In this document: positions 26,210 to 39,104 of the stretch, one piece after another
Numbering within the stretch: position 1 is the first letter of the stretch
Layout: every line of letters begins with the position of its first letter
From: Eledone cirrhosa
Lineage: Eukaryota
Assembly: GCA_964016885.1 (NCBI GenBank)
Contig: OZ024741.1
Coordinates: forward strand, 75,826,001 to 75,890,000
Direction: 5' to 3'
DNA length: 64,000 bases
Program-made: the position numbers and the translations under genes
Notes under the pieces: generated by a model
Database searches by the model: none
What the model was told of the DNA's origin: nothing
Seen by the model: the letters and a program-made list of their open reading frames with translations, nothing else

Positions 26210-26747
26210 TACACACACACACATATAAACATGCAGCTAGATGAAGCAACCAAGCCAAAATTTCAAAGTGACTGCTACTTTTCTACTCAGAAAACGAATT
26301 GAGTTCTCATTAAGTTAATATTTGAATATATTTTAAAAATCCATTCTAATGTGTGTGTATGCAAAAAGCAAACAACACTACAATGAAGAAATATATTAGT
26401 TTTACGCTTGATATAGATGGAAAAGAATCATAACGTTTGAAACAAAAATAGAATGAGAAATTAGAGAAGAAATAGAAAGACAGCGGAGAGTGGCAGAAAC
26501 AAAAAGAATTTCTTTGAGAAAAAACTTCTATTTAAGTCTTGGAAGATTGTTGAATCTGGCATTGGTGTATAAGGAAAAAAAAAGTGTGTGTGCATGCATG
26601 CCACCCTAAATTTAAAAAAAATGATAATAGTGTTGTTTCCATTTATGTTCCATAACTTAGTGGATTGACAAATGTGGAATGATAAACTAACTACAGTAGT
26701 TTCTTTTATTGTATAATATCTAATGTTATGCCATTCTTTCATTACAG

Positions 26748-26828
26748 TGTGTCACCTCTGCAATGGATAATGCTATTGAGGCTGTCGAAGAAAAACTGAA
26801 CCAACGACAGAAAATAAAAGACAAAAAG
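26748..26828 (+). CDS. COG2: COG2 exon 4 (CVTSAMDNAIEAVEEKLNQRQKIKDKK)
   Basis: attacag acceptor, AAG|gtttgt donor, 81 nt. Confidence 0.9.
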
Positions 26829-27170
26829 GTTTGTGTTTGTTTAATTATTTCTAGTGAGAAAATATATATGTTTGATTTAGGTGCAAGCATGACTTTGAGG
26901 TTTAAAATGTTGCTACACAACCATATATAAATATATATATATATCAAAAGTATTAATAAATGGAAACTATCTTTATAAAACCATATTTATTTTATTATAT
27001 ATATTTCAAGGGTACCAAAATTTTTGGTACGCTCTCATCAGATAAAATATAAAAGTTGTTTTACAGATAGTGACATATTCAAAACAAGAACTTATCGTTT
27101 TAAGTTCTGTTTGAATTGAATATTCAAACAATTTGGGTACCAAAAATGTTGGTACTCTTGAAATATATAT

Positions 27171-28562
27171 CATCATCATCATCATCATCATCATCAGGTT
27201 TAGCGTCCGTGTTCCACGCTTGCATGGGTTTGGACGGGGGTTTTCCCACTTGAGGCAAGAGTGGTTGTCTTGCTCGCATAGGACTGTCTGGCGGGTTTTC
27301 TACAGTTGGATGCCCTTCCTAACACCAACCACATTTACAGTGTGGGGCTGGGAGGTTTTTACCGTGTTGCCTACACGGCCACATTACAGCGTGGACTGTC
27401 TGGCGGGTTTTCTACAGCTGGATGCCCTTCCTAACACCAACCACATTTACAGTGTGGGGCTGGGAGGTTTTTACCGTGTTGCCTACACGGCCACATTTAC
27501 AGCGTGGACTGTGTGTTTTTTTGTCGTGACACCTACACGATCTCATTTGTTTCGGCCTGGATGTTGTGGGACCAACATAACTTTACATTGAAAGGGGCGG
27601 TGTGGATGGGGTGGAGGTGGTGGGACGGGGGTGTGTTTTGATAGAGATGCCTACTGACTGTAGTAGGTTTTTACTTTGTATTTAGGTAAGGCGGGTCTTC
27701 TCTATTACTGAGTACCGCCAAAGGTCTCGGTCCAGTGACATTGCCTTGGAGAGGTGTAAGCGTGTGAGGTCGGAATTTATCAGCTCGTCCCATGTTTTTC
27801 TGGGTCTGCCTACTCCGTGGCTACCGTCTATCTTTATTGCCCTGCACTTTGTTATACAGCTGTCGTCTTTCATGCGCATCACGTGACCGTACCAACGTAG
27901 CCTTCTCTCGAGTAAACATCTGATCCCTCTTATTTCTAATTTTTTCCTTAGTTCGTTTATGCTTTGCCGTTCACGTATATTACTATTGCACATCCAGCGG
28001 AGCATGCAAGCTTCGTTCCTCTCTAGTCTGCGTATATCCTCTGCACACAATGCCCAGGTCTCACTGCCATGCAGCATTGCTGTTCGTATGCAGGCATCGT
28101 ATAACCTGCCTTTCATTTTTAGGGAGAACCCTCTAGCGGCTAATAGTGGTATAAGCTCTCTGAACTTTTTCCATCCAGTTCTGACTCTAGCTACTGTACT
28201 TTCAGAGCACCCTCCCCCACTGCTGATTTTGTCACCCAGGTAACGGAAGCTGTCCACTATTTCTATAGAACCCTCTGCGCAGTTGAAGGAGCTAGTATTT
28301 TGTGGGCACTTGCTGCTACTTATTGCACCAGAGCACCGGCCACATGTAAAATCTATGTTCTTAGTTAGCTTACCTGTGATCCCACTACATCTTTTATGCA
28401 CCCATACTTTGCATTTGGGACATAAAATGGAGTTTCTACTTATGCCTTTCCTACACACTGAGCATGGCCATTTCCCAGATGGGACTGCCGCCTTATTTTC
28501 TTTCCTACAAACTAGAACTTTAGTCTTAGCCAGGTTAATTTTAAGGCCTTTTGATTCTAGAA
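27171..28562 (-). mobile_element. 5'-truncated RTE-clade LINE
   Basis: ORF with CxxC...WVHKRC zinc-finger-like segment, FRYLG, MLHGSETW, RRLRWYGHVMR, GRPRKTW; (CAT)n tail on +. Confidence 0.92.
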
Positions 28563-28698
28563 TAAATATGGTTTTATAAAGATAGTTTCCATTTATTAAT
28601 ACTTTTGATATTATACTCCAGAAGAAAACTGTAGGGTGCTTCTAACCTGTTATAAACTAATTTTGTTGAATAACCAACAAATTAAATAACTCATTGCT

Positions 28699-28730
<32 letters not shown>

Positions 28731-28789
28731 AAGCGGACGTAAAAACAATGTGATGATGTAGATAGATTGATATATTCCACCATGTAAGG

Positions 28790-29205
28790 TACTCATGCTG
28801 GTGACATAACAAAAGAGCACCCTGACCGCCCTCTAATGTGGTCATCTTGGTGATGTGGCAAAAAGCACCCAGTCTGCCCTGTAAGGTAGTCATGTTGATG
28901 ACACAGCAAAAAGCACCCAGTTCGACACGGCAAGAAGCACCTAGTCCGCCCTATAATGTGGTTGTGTTGGTGACAAAAAGCACCCAGTCCAGCCTCTCAG
29001 TTGATTGTTTTGGTACCACAATAAAAAGCACTCAGTCCATGCTGTAAATGTGGTTGGCATTAAGAAGGGCATCCATCCATAGGAACAAAGCCCAAAACAG
29101 TTCCATATAAGCAAGGTCACCTGATCTGACTTGTCTCACAACAGGGCAACCCATCTAACCCATGCTAGCATGGAAAATGGACATTAAAAGGTGATGATGA
29201 TGATA
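28790..29205 (+). mobile_element. RTE-tail non-autonomous element with amplified 3' UTR modules
   Basis: About 6 aaaagcacccag...tgtaa.gtgg modules, then aagggcatcc...catgctagcatggaaa...gatgat; similar pieces at ~31310..31680, 32450..32830, 45470..45855 and 48420..48860. Confidence 0.7.
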
Positions 29206-30589
29206 TATATTATTAGCACAGATTAAAAGATTAAGCAAACAATTTCTGCTTTCACCCTGAAGCAGGATCTTTTAAAACAGATATCCATGGGGGCAGATAT
29301 GAATATTTTGAAAACATTACAAGCAAATATTGCCTCTAAAAACTAGAAAGGCATACAGTAACATGTGAGAATATTCACTTGAAATATGATGAAATGTTTG
29401 CAAAGAGAATAAAAGATCTAATTTTGTCATTAAGTGAAGTGAGAAAAACAAATTCTTGCTATGAAAATATCAGGAAGTTAATTTTCTTTTAGCTAAATAT
29501 TTGCCTGCTACTATATATAGAAAAATTAATAGAAGTACTGTGATTAAATGCAAAGATACTGAGTGTATTAATAATGCTGGTAATAATAATAATAATGATA
29601 GTAATAATAATAAACTAATAATAATATGTAAGTTAAATATTTTATAAGTAAAGAGTATTGGTAGGCTATTCATTGTCATACATAGGTATGTGCTTACAAA
29701 TGTGGATGCATGAGCATACACGTATGCAAAAATATAGAATATGAGAACTATAAATGTTCTTAAATACTGCATCATGGCTTATATCATCTGCATACTGTCG
29801 AGGTGTAGTCTCTTACTAATAATTAGGTTACAATGTTGGACTGTAATATAAAAAAAAAGGTTTATATAGTTATGTTTACAAGCCAAAATTGTCTCAGATT
29901 TTTTTGTTTCAAATGCTTCCATTGACACTGACATGGCTGTGTGCTAAAAGAGTTTGATTGTCTTGCTGCCCGGTATCTTAGGCAAGTGTCTTCTATTATA
30001 ATCTCAAGTTTACCAATGCCTTGTGAGTGGAATTTGGTAGATGAAAACTACAAAAGGCTTTAGTATCTTGTTAAATGATGATGATTATGATTATATATGT
30101 ATGTGTGTCTGTATTTATGTCCTGTAACTTACAAAAAAGAGATTGATGAAATATATACCAGACTTGAAAAGAAATGTACTTGGTCAACATGATTGACTAA
30201 ATCTAGGTGGTGCCCCAGCATGGCCACAGTCTAATGACTGAAATCAGTAAAAGAATAAAAAGCTAAGTACCAGGTAAAGTACTGGTGGGGTGAGGTGGTG
30301 GTCAACATTCCAACTAAAACCTTTGATGGTGGTGCTCAATCATGACTGCATTTCAATAATGACTGAAAGCAGTAAACGAATAAAGAAAGATAAATTAAAT
30401 AGATAAGTAAATAAATAAGTAATAGACGCAGGGTGTGGTTATTGAATTTTTACTGAAAAATCAATCTTAATTGATTTTTGTTGAAGTGGTCTCTGTTTAT
30501 TTGTGATATTTTTATATCTGTTTAATCAGGGAGGGAAGGACAAAACATATAACCTTTTTCAGGGCCTCCAAGACTAGTAGAAAGAATAG

Positions 30590-30930
30590 AGATATTGTTA
30601 AGCTGGTCTACATTTTTTTTATCTTTTGTATTGTGGTAGTTGTTAAGATGGTCTATATTTTATTGTATCTTCTGTATTGTTTTTGCTGTTAGGCTGCTCT
30701 ACATTTTGTTGTTATGTCTGTGTATATTGTTGTTAGGTTAGTCAACATTTTATTATTTTCTGTATTGTTGTTAGACTTGTCTACATTTTGTTGTTAGGTT
30801 TGCCTGTATTTTGTTATTTTCTGTGTTGTTAAGTTTGTTTGCATTTGTTATGTCTGTATACTGATATTGTTAGGCTTGACTACATTTTGTTCTCTTCTGT
30901 ATTATTGTTTTTGTTAGGCTTGTCTACAAG
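30590..30930 (+). repeat. degenerate ~40-45 bp tandem repeat ending in the exon 5 acceptor
   Basis: About 9 copies of ttgttaRgcttgtctacatttt. Confidence 0.85.
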
Positions 30931-31015
30931 GACTAATGAATATAGTGCAGTCTGTAGAGAAGATAGAGAAACTCCTGGGATTAACCCACAACATGGAACC
31001 TTCGTCTGGTGCCAG
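30918..31015 (+). CDS. COG2: COG2 exon 5 (ACLQGLMNIVQSVEKIEKLLG...)
   Basis: ttgttag acceptor, CAG|gtaaaa donor; SVEKIEK motif. Confidence 0.9.
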
Positions 31016-31154
31016 GTAAAACATGTACTTTATTTACCATCTAAGTATTTTCAACTTGAATCTTTTAATATTTACATCTTCATTGTACCCTGTACCATTT
31101 TTTCCATTACTGAAGAATTGTAGCTGATTATATTTTGTTGTCTTTAAATTCTAG

Positions 31155-31257
31155 ATTAAATGGTCAGTTGATTGAACGAGTGGCTACAGAGTTTAACAAA
31201 CTTCAGTTTTATGTCACAAAAAGCCGAGGGCTTCCTTTGGTCGAACAAGTAAAACCT
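31155..31257 (+). CDS. COG2: COG2 exon 6 (LNGQLIERVATEFNKLQF...VKP)
   Basis: ttctag acceptor, CCT|gtaagt donor; phase fits exon 5. Confidence 0.95.
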
Positions 31258-31736
31258 GTAAGTAAAAATAATGTGAATGTTGTCTCGTGCTCTATCAACG
31301 AACTAGCTAAAAAAAGAGTTGAGAGGACTCATCAGTTGTGTCAACGGGCATAACAACCTCACCAGTGTTGGTGATACAATAATACATTCCCAGTACACAC
31401 TGTAAAGTGGTTGGTGATAGGAAGGGCATCCAGCTGCAGAAAACTCATCAAACAAAGGATCAAGAAGATTCTTCAGTTGTGTCAAATATACAATGACCTC
31501 CTTAGTGCTGGTGCCATGCTAAAATGCACCCTGTGCATTCTGTAGAGTTGGGAGCGTATGTAAGTACAATGTCGCCTATGACCCATCTGAGAGGCCAGTA
31601 GCTCTGAGTAAGTACTGGCTTGGTCTATGACGACCACTCAAACCCTTCCTAACAGAAAATTGATGCTAAATGATGATGATAGTGTTAACTAATTTGAATT
31701 TTATTCACTCTTATCTTCATGGTATTTTGTTTGTTT

Positions 31737-31982
31737 CAACCCTTTAGTTACCATATTTCTAATGAAATGCATTGACTATGATTTTCAGATAATTTTTTAT
31801 ATAATCAAAAATTTGAATGAATTTACTAAAATAATTAACTTTCTCATTGGTATTTAGAACAGAATTTAACAAATGTTCTTATATAAAATTATGATTAGAG
31901 GAATTTAAACACTTCAAAATAAAGAGCTTTGTATCATTGAACCAGAGGCAATTTCAGGTGGTTTGTTATTAAAAGGATTAAA
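31737..31982. mobile_element. degenerate second TTAA/CCCTT-ended MITE family
   Basis: Ends aaccctttag...aaaaggattaa; related segments at ~37605..37857, ~43575..43787, ~48127..48297 and ~50969..51203. Confidence 0.55.
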
Positions 31983-32955
31983 TGACTTAGTCTTGGGGAA
32001 TGGCCCATGCTCACAGCCTTCAATACTCTTTAAAGCTAATGAGTTATGACAATAATTCAGCTTACATATAATGTGTCTCATATGCCAGTTCTTATCACTA
32101 GTTGAGGAAATGGTAAACCGATCCTAGCCTTTGGGTGTCTTTAACAGATTCCACTCTAGTGCAAACATTCTGTGACAGGTTTCCACTTTAAGGATATCTT
32201 CTCTTCATTTTATCAATCTCAGAAGCCTTGAAAAGAGTCATGAGCATTGTCTGTTTCTCCTTGACTAAACAGTAAAAAACCATCTGGCTGTGAATGCCCT
32301 TTGATCTTAGAGGATTAGGTCTCTATTGACAACAGCTAGGTGAATTGAGGCATGTGGAATTAAGTGTACTTCCTCAATTCACAATTGAATGCTGCCTCCA
32401 TTGGGTATAGATTTGAAAACAAAACCTCAGTGATTTTATTTTACAGTAATGTACTCAACACACTGTAAAGTTGTGGGCGAATGTTAACAATATACAGTAG
32501 TGAAGACACTTTGCTCATGTCAAGGACATGACAGCCTCCCTAGTACAGGTGTCACAATAAAAAACACCTTGTATACTCTGTAAAGTGGTTGGTGTCAAAT
32601 GGTGCAACATAGGGTATAGAATATCCTTCAGCCATGTTGAGGGCTTGACAACTGCTTGTGCTGGTGTCACAATAAAATGTACCTAATACACTCTGTAAAG
32701 TGATTGATGTTAGGAAGAATATCCAACCTAGGAAGACAGTAGCTCCAAATAAGAACTTACTCAGAACATGACAACCTGTCTAACTCATGCCAGTATAGAA
32801 ACTGGAAATAAAAATGGTGATGTTGAGGAGGAGGACCTATTTTCTAACATTAGACTAACATTGATTGTAAGAACCCATCCAAACCATGGAAAACAGTTGC
32901 AAAATGATGATGATGTGATGTGTTAATTTCTTCTTTGGAACATGTTATTTTGCAG

Positions 32956-33135
32956 AGAATTGCCAGTATAACCAGTACGCTGCAGTATAGCCTGGAAGGT
33001 TCTTTTTTGGAAGGGTTAGACAACAACAATGTAGATGTTCTCCGGCAATGTCTCCGAACATATGCCTTGATTGACAAAATAAAAGATGCTGAAACATTAT
33101 TCCGAAAACATGTTGCCAGACCATTTATGGAGGAA
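32956..33135 (+). CDS. COG2: COG2 exon 7 (RIASITSTLQ...PFMEE)
   Basis: tttgcag acceptor, GAA|gtaagt donor; CLRTYA.IDK motif. Confidence 0.95.
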
Positions 33136-33149
33136 GTAAGTATTAAGTA

Positions 33150-33182
<33 letters not shown>

Positions 33183-33496
33183 GTGAGAGTGCATGGCTAA
33201 GTGGTTACAACACTTGTCTCATGGTCGTAAGGTTGTGAGTTCAATTTCCAGTAGCTTGACACTTTATTTCATATTGCTCTAGTCTGCTCAGCTGGCAAAA
33301 ATAAGTTGTACCTTTAAATCAAAGGACCAGCTTTTTCATTCATTGTGTCATGATAAAGCTCCCTTTGGAACTGCACTAAGAGTATACACATTTCAGCCAG
33401 TTGCAAGTTAATTTCACAATTGTTCGAAAAACTATTAAAACTGATAGAACAGGAACTCCTATATGCTTATGATCAAACTGAATCTATGGCAAAATT

Positions 33497-34160
33497 AGGG
33501 AAAATATTCCAAACTTGGTAGCATAACTTAAAAACAAAAGGTCTTGACAAAGACTAAAGTCCTAGTAAGTAGAAAGGAAAATAAGACCTTGATTCTCTCA
33601 GGGAAATGGCCTTGCTCAGTGTGTAGAAAAAGAATGGGTAGAAATTCCATCATTTGTCCTAAATGCAAACTATGGGTACACAAGAGATGTGGTGGGATCT
33701 CGGGCAGGCTAGCTTAGAAGATAAGTTTTTTTATGTGGTTGATGCACAGGAGCAGTAAGCAGCAAGACCTCTCAGCTCTATCAAATTCTTAGAGGATTTT
33801 GTAGAAGTAGTTAACAGCTTCTGTTACTTGGGTGACCAAATTAGCAGTAGAGGTGGGTGTTCCAAAAGTACAGTAGCCTGAGTGAGAACAGGGTGGAGAA
33901 AGTTCAGAGAGCTACAAAAGGGTTTTCCCTCAAAATGGACAGATTTTATGATGCATGTATATGAACCGCAATGTTGCATGATAGTGACACCCGGGTGCTG
34001 TGTGCAGAGGACCTATGAAGATTGGAAAAAAATGAAGCTTGCATGTTCCAATGGAGATGTTATAGTAATATACGTGAACAATGAAACATAAATGAATTGA
34101 AAGAGAAACTGGGCTTAAGAGGAGTCAGTTGTAGTGGTGTCGACATGTGATGCATATCTC
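33497..34160 (+). mobile_element. decayed RTE LINE fragment (RT C-terminal region)
   Basis: Similar to the 27171..28562 copy, with frameshifts; RTGWRKFREL. Confidence 0.85.
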
Positions 34161-34980
34161 AGATGGTTGTGCAACTTTACATTTTTCATCTCTTTGATTA
34201 CTTCTTTAATCCCATAACTCTCAACTTCAATGGCTAGCTCTTCTATTGGGTAGGTTGGAAGTAGTTTCTCTTCCTCCCATTCATTCTCTACAATCATCAA
34301 TCCCTCATAGTAACTTTTCCAGGCCTCTTTCATTTGAGCATCAGTGGTGCTAGATACATCAGTATCATTTCTAACACACTTTTCCCCAACAACATCATGA
34401 TTCACACTGACACACTGTCTTGCAATGCAGCACACTTTGCATCTCTGATCTTCATGTCTCAGGACATTGGCAGACTTTCTTTCTTCAGCCCATCTCGAGC
34501 TGTGTATACCTGTCATCTAACTTCTCTCTTAGCTACCTGATACCAGTCTCTGCAAGCCCCCTTTTTTCCAGTCTTTCCATGCCTGTCTCTTGGCTTTAAT
34601 GGCTCTATCCACTGTGCTGTTCCACCACCAGGTCACCCTTTGTCTGGCTGGTGCTGTGCTCCATCCACAACTCTCTTCAGTAGTTTGCAAAAGAGTGACG
34701 CGCATGAATTTCCAGTTGTCCTCTACATCATAGGTATCTAGCTCATCACTTCTCTCATCAAATACATCCTGTAGGATCATTCTAAACCTATATTTAACTG
34801 AAAGGTCCTTTAGCTTCCATACCCTCTGTCTCTTTATTTTCCTGCTTATCTTGTTCTGTCTTTTGTTTATTTTGATGTCACTAACAACTAACTTGTGTTG
34901 AGCAGTACATTCTTCCTCTGGGAAGGCTTTAGTATTTATTACAGTTTGTTTGTCTTGGTGTCTTAGAAGTAAATAATCAA
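34161..34980 (-). mobile_element. decayed RTE LINE fragment (endonuclease-RT linker)
   Basis: TWWWN...AIKAKRQAWKDW and W..YYE.L motifs typical of RTE ORFs. Confidence 0.8.
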
Positions 34981-35030
34981 CAGTACAATTGTTACAGATA
35001 TTTTTATTCTTTATATGTTTATTTTGCCAG

Positions 35031-35152
35031 GTTATTACTGAAGACTTTTTACGAATCAGTCATCAGGGATTAAAGGGAATGTATATTAAAATTCTAGAGT
35101 TTGTTCCAAAACATTGTCAAATTTTAAAAGATATCACCTCTTCTAGTACAAG
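35031..35152 (+). CDS. COG2: COG2 exon 8 (VITEDFLRISHQGLKGMYIKILEFVP...)
   Basis: ttttgccag acceptor, AAG|gtaagt donor. Confidence 0.93.
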
Positions 35153-35503
35153 GTAAGTGGAAACATTTATATTGTAATATGTAGGCACAGACAGGGTTGT
35201 ATAGTTAAGAAGTTCGCTTCCTAACCATGTGGTTTGGAGTTCTATTCCACTGTGTGAAAGTTTGAGCAAGTGTCTTAATGCCTTGTGGGAAATTGGTTGA
35301 CAAAAACTGTATGAAACCCATCGTAAATATGTGTGACTCTTCGCATCACATTTGACATTACTGGTCGTGATATTTGTTTATGTCCTGCTTAAACGGTAGT
35401 CCCATTTGAATTTGCTAACTTATGTGTTGTTGTGCACTTATATAAATATCATAAACACAAGATATACATTTTCATGAAAAACTTGATGTTTCTTCTATTT
35501 CAG

Positions 35504-35624
35504 TGGAGACGTTGTTCGAGGTTATGATTTTATTGTTAATTCAGTGTTGCCAGAGATTGTATGTAATATAGAGGCAAGGACTCCTTCAATATTTGCTCCT
35601 GGAAACCCAAATTTATTTCATGAG
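35504..35624 (+). CDS. COG2: COG2 exon 9 (GDVVRGYDFIVNSV...PGNPNLFHE)
   Basis: tatttcag acceptor, GAG|gtttgt donor. Confidence 0.94.
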
Positions 35625-36051
35625 GTTTGTACACGTTTATTACCATTCTTACTCCTTGTACTGAACTGGTCAATTAAATCCTCCACAAAGTTTTCTCATA
35701 CCTAAACTGGAAGCCATTGGCAGAATCATTAGAACATCAAACCAAGTGCTTTGAGACATCTAGTTATGACCCTTTATGTTCTGAGTTCAAATCCTGCCAT
35801 TATCAACTTGGCCTTTCATACTTACAGGGTCAATAAAATAAAGTACCAGTCAAACACTGAAGTCGACTTAGAACCACCTCAAATTGCCGGCCATGTGCCT
35901 AAATCAGAAACCAGTATTATTATTATTATTATTAATGAAAGCAGTGTTGCTTGTTAAAGATTAAGCCTCTGGATTTGTTTATGCTATATTTCTGTAACAG
36001 GTATGCTTCTTGATTCCAAAACAGCCACAGGAAACAAGTACCACCAATCTC

Positions 36052-36973
36052 TGGGAGGGCCCTGTAGAAACAGTAGACAGCTTCTGCTACCTAGGTGACC
36101 GAATTAGCAACGGAGGTGGGTGCTCAGAAAGTACAATAACTAGGGTAAGAACGGGATGGAAGAAGTTTAGGGAACTACTACCACTGCTAGCTGCAAAAGG
36201 CTTCTCCCTCAGAATGAAAGGCAGACTGTATGATGCGTGTATCCGAACAGCGATGTTGCATGGTAGTGAGACCTGGGCGCTGAAGGTGGAAGACTTACGT
36301 AGATTAGAGAGAAACGAAGCCTGCATGCTCCGATGGATGTGTAACAGTAATATACGTGAACGACAAAGCATAAATGAATTGAGAGAGAGACTGAGCATAA
36401 GAGGAATCAAATGCTGCGTGCAGGAGAGGCGGTTACGCTGGTATGGACATGTGATGCGTATGAAGGATGACAGCTGCATAAAAAGGTGCAGAGCACTAGA
36501 AGTTGATGGAAACCGCGGAGTGGGGAGACCCAAGATGACTTGGGATGAGGTGATAAAAGCCGACCTTACCCAACTACACCTCTCAAAGTCAATGACACAC
36601 GACCGTGACTTCTGGCGTCACGCAGTAATACAGGGTACCCGACCTCCCATGGGTACATGCTGAAGCATATAAACAATATGCCCCCCCCCCCCCACCACCA
36701 CCACCGCAAGGTGGTCGTGGAGGTGCCACGGCAAAAAAGCACCCAGCCCACACTGTAAAGTGGACGTGTAGGCGCCACGAAAAAGCACCCAGCACTCACT
36801 GTAAATGAGGTTGGTGTTAGGAAGGGCATCCAGCTGTAGAAATCAAGCCAAATCAGTTCCTGTATGAGCAAGGCATGGTCAGCCGACCAGACACTGCCCA
36901 CAACAGGACAACCCGTCTAACCCATGCTAGCGTGGAAGAACGGACGTAAAACGGTGATGATGATGATGATGAT
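36052..36973 (+). mobile_element. 5'-truncated RTE LINE
   Basis: ORF 36010..36663 with FCYLG, HGSETW, RLRWYGHVMR; 3' UTR and (GAT)n tail. Confidence 0.92.
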
Positions 36974-37900
36974 TCCCTCTTTGGTCCTCTTTTCACTGTA
37001 AGGGATTCTTATAGGGTAAAGCATTATCTGCTTTTCTATCCTGGCATGGGTTGGACAGGAGATTTTGAGGGAGAATTTTATGGCCCTTCCTGATGGCAAT
37101 CCTTTTAGTCACCTCTTATAACATGCAAAGATACAGTGTACCTTTTCTAAAACTTGGGATAAACCTGGATTAAAGAATGCAATGCTTCAGGGAAGATAAA
37201 AGCAAGACAAAATAAGCTTCTCTGTAAAAACAACTTTTAAAAATTGAAATATTTTAAAACCATATCATGAAATTTGTTACTGGTAAATACCTGTAGAGTT
37301 AAAATATTACCTCTACAAGAAATGACACAACACATTTTTAATAGAATTCAAAGCAACTTTCTCAAATTGTTTGGCCACATCAAATGCTTAACTTTATGTC
37401 TCTTTAAAGCCTGTCTGGAGAGTAGAATGATGTCTGGAAAATGGTAGATAGAAAAGCCAGACCCTAAAATGGTTTTCATGTCAATCATAGGCAGAATTCA
37501 TATTGATTAACAATTATTAACAGCAATAAGTGGAAGAAATGTGATCAGCATGTTTCGTATTCTACTGAAAGTGGAAATAATAATTTAAAAACAGACACAA
37601 AATGCAGCTACTTGTTACTTTATTTCTAATGAAAGACTCTACCAATGTGTTTCTTTTTTTAATTTTGAAAATAATCCAAAATTTGAAGAGATATAGTAAT
37701 GTAACTAATTTCCTCATTTATAAAATAGTCTTTGGAACAACAAGGTTCTTATGTAAATCTTCCATTAATGTGGAAAATGTTTAGATAAGTATAAATTCTG
37801 TAAAACAAATCAGCTTGTATCATAGAAACAAGAGCAGTTTGGTATAAAAAGAGTTAATGTTTAAATTCTATGAAGAAATATTTTTTTGTTTTCTCCTCAG

Positions 37901-38040
37901 AAATACACAATCAGCATGGAGTTCATGAGTAAGTTTGAACAGCAATGTGGCTCACAGGCAAGTGTGAAGAGATTGAGAGAACATTCTAGTTACCAAGTTT
38001 TTATGTCACGCTGGAGTTTACCTGTCTATTTCCAAATCAG
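37901..38040 (+). CDS. COG2: COG2 exon 10 (KYTISMEF...WSLPVYFQIR)
   Basis: ttctcctcag acceptor, CAG|gtaaac donor. Confidence 0.96.
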
Positions 38041-38144
38041 GTAAACACTTATGATAAATATATCACTGGTAGTTTAACTAATTGATTGCCTAGTTAATTT
38101 GATTGATTGATTTATGAGTTGGTTGATCGATTCACTGACATGCC

Positions 38145-38580
38145 ACTCTCAACGACATATTGAGAAGAAGCCTGGATGCAGCTGGCTTTCCATCTCAACT
38201 GGAGCAAGCAGGCCTAGACCACAGAGATGGCAAGCGCCCCGTTCGAAGGAGGTAGAGCCCTCATCTGGGATGTCACCTGCTGCAACACGTTTTCTGCCTC
38301 CAAATTAGTCGCTTCGACCACAAATCCCAGCATTACAACCCACCTCGCAGCAGAACATAAAATAAACAAATACTGGGGTTTGTCCAGCTGCTTCCTCTTC
38401 ACAACGGTCGCCGTCTAGACCTCAGGCGTACTTGGACTCCATACTGCCAAGCTCTGCAAGATCGGAGTGTCGGTGGCCCATCTGAGGAGGGAGCCCCGCG
38501 AGGTTGGTTGGGTGGCTGTTGCATCGTCTGCGGGAATGCTTTTGCCATCTTGTCCGCAGGGCACAGCACTTCTGCCCTCT
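38145..38580 (+). mobile_element. CRE-like non-LTR retrotransposon remnant (restriction-like endonuclease region)
   Basis: [14 protein letters not shown]...AAEHKINKY...F...AV; GC-rich relative to the intron. Confidence 0.7.
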
Positions 38581-38986
38581 TGAACTAGGTCCAAACCCAG
38601 TCACCCTCCCCCTTCACCCCTCCCCTATCTTCTGCAACACCAGAAATCTTGTCACCCCCTCCCCTTCCCGTTCTTTTCCTTCTTCCATTCTACCATTATT
38701 ATTTGTTCACTACTATTTCATCCACATCAATCTTTCAACCAACTTGAAAATCGATCTAAAATGATTTACATCTAGTGTGTGAACTGACTTAGTATAAAAT
38801 ATAGTTAATTTTTCATTTTCCACTTTATAGTTTGAAAAAAAACTTTAAATGTTTATTTGAATAAAGAGATTAAGTTCTCTTAGGAGAAGAAAATTAAATT
38901 TATTAATTTTGATGGGAGTAGTAGTGAAAAGTAGATTCTTATAGAATTTGTGTATTTTCAGCTAATTTCCAGATTTACTTTTGCAG

Positions 38987-39048
38987 ATTTCAAGAAATAG
39001 CTGGCAACTTTGAAAGTTCACTTGTGTCTGGTTTAAATAAAGCTCCAG
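38987..39048 (+). CDS. COG2: COG2 exon 11 (FQEIAGNFESSLVSGLNKAP)
   Basis: ttttgcag acceptor, CAG|gtatgt donor. Confidence 0.92.
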
Positions 39049-39104
39049 GTATGTTATTATCTGTAGACTGTCAGGTAACTATTGCATTTAAGCAATAATC
39101 AGTG

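Noticed and set aside
27959-28579. Plus-strand ORFs over the LINE (also 36087..36533 and 49495..49869)
   Set aside because: Antisense shadows of RTE coding sequence
38955-38986. Alternative acceptors upstream of exon 11
   Set aside because: The AGs ending at 38961 and 38972 would add 25 or 14 nt and shift the frame
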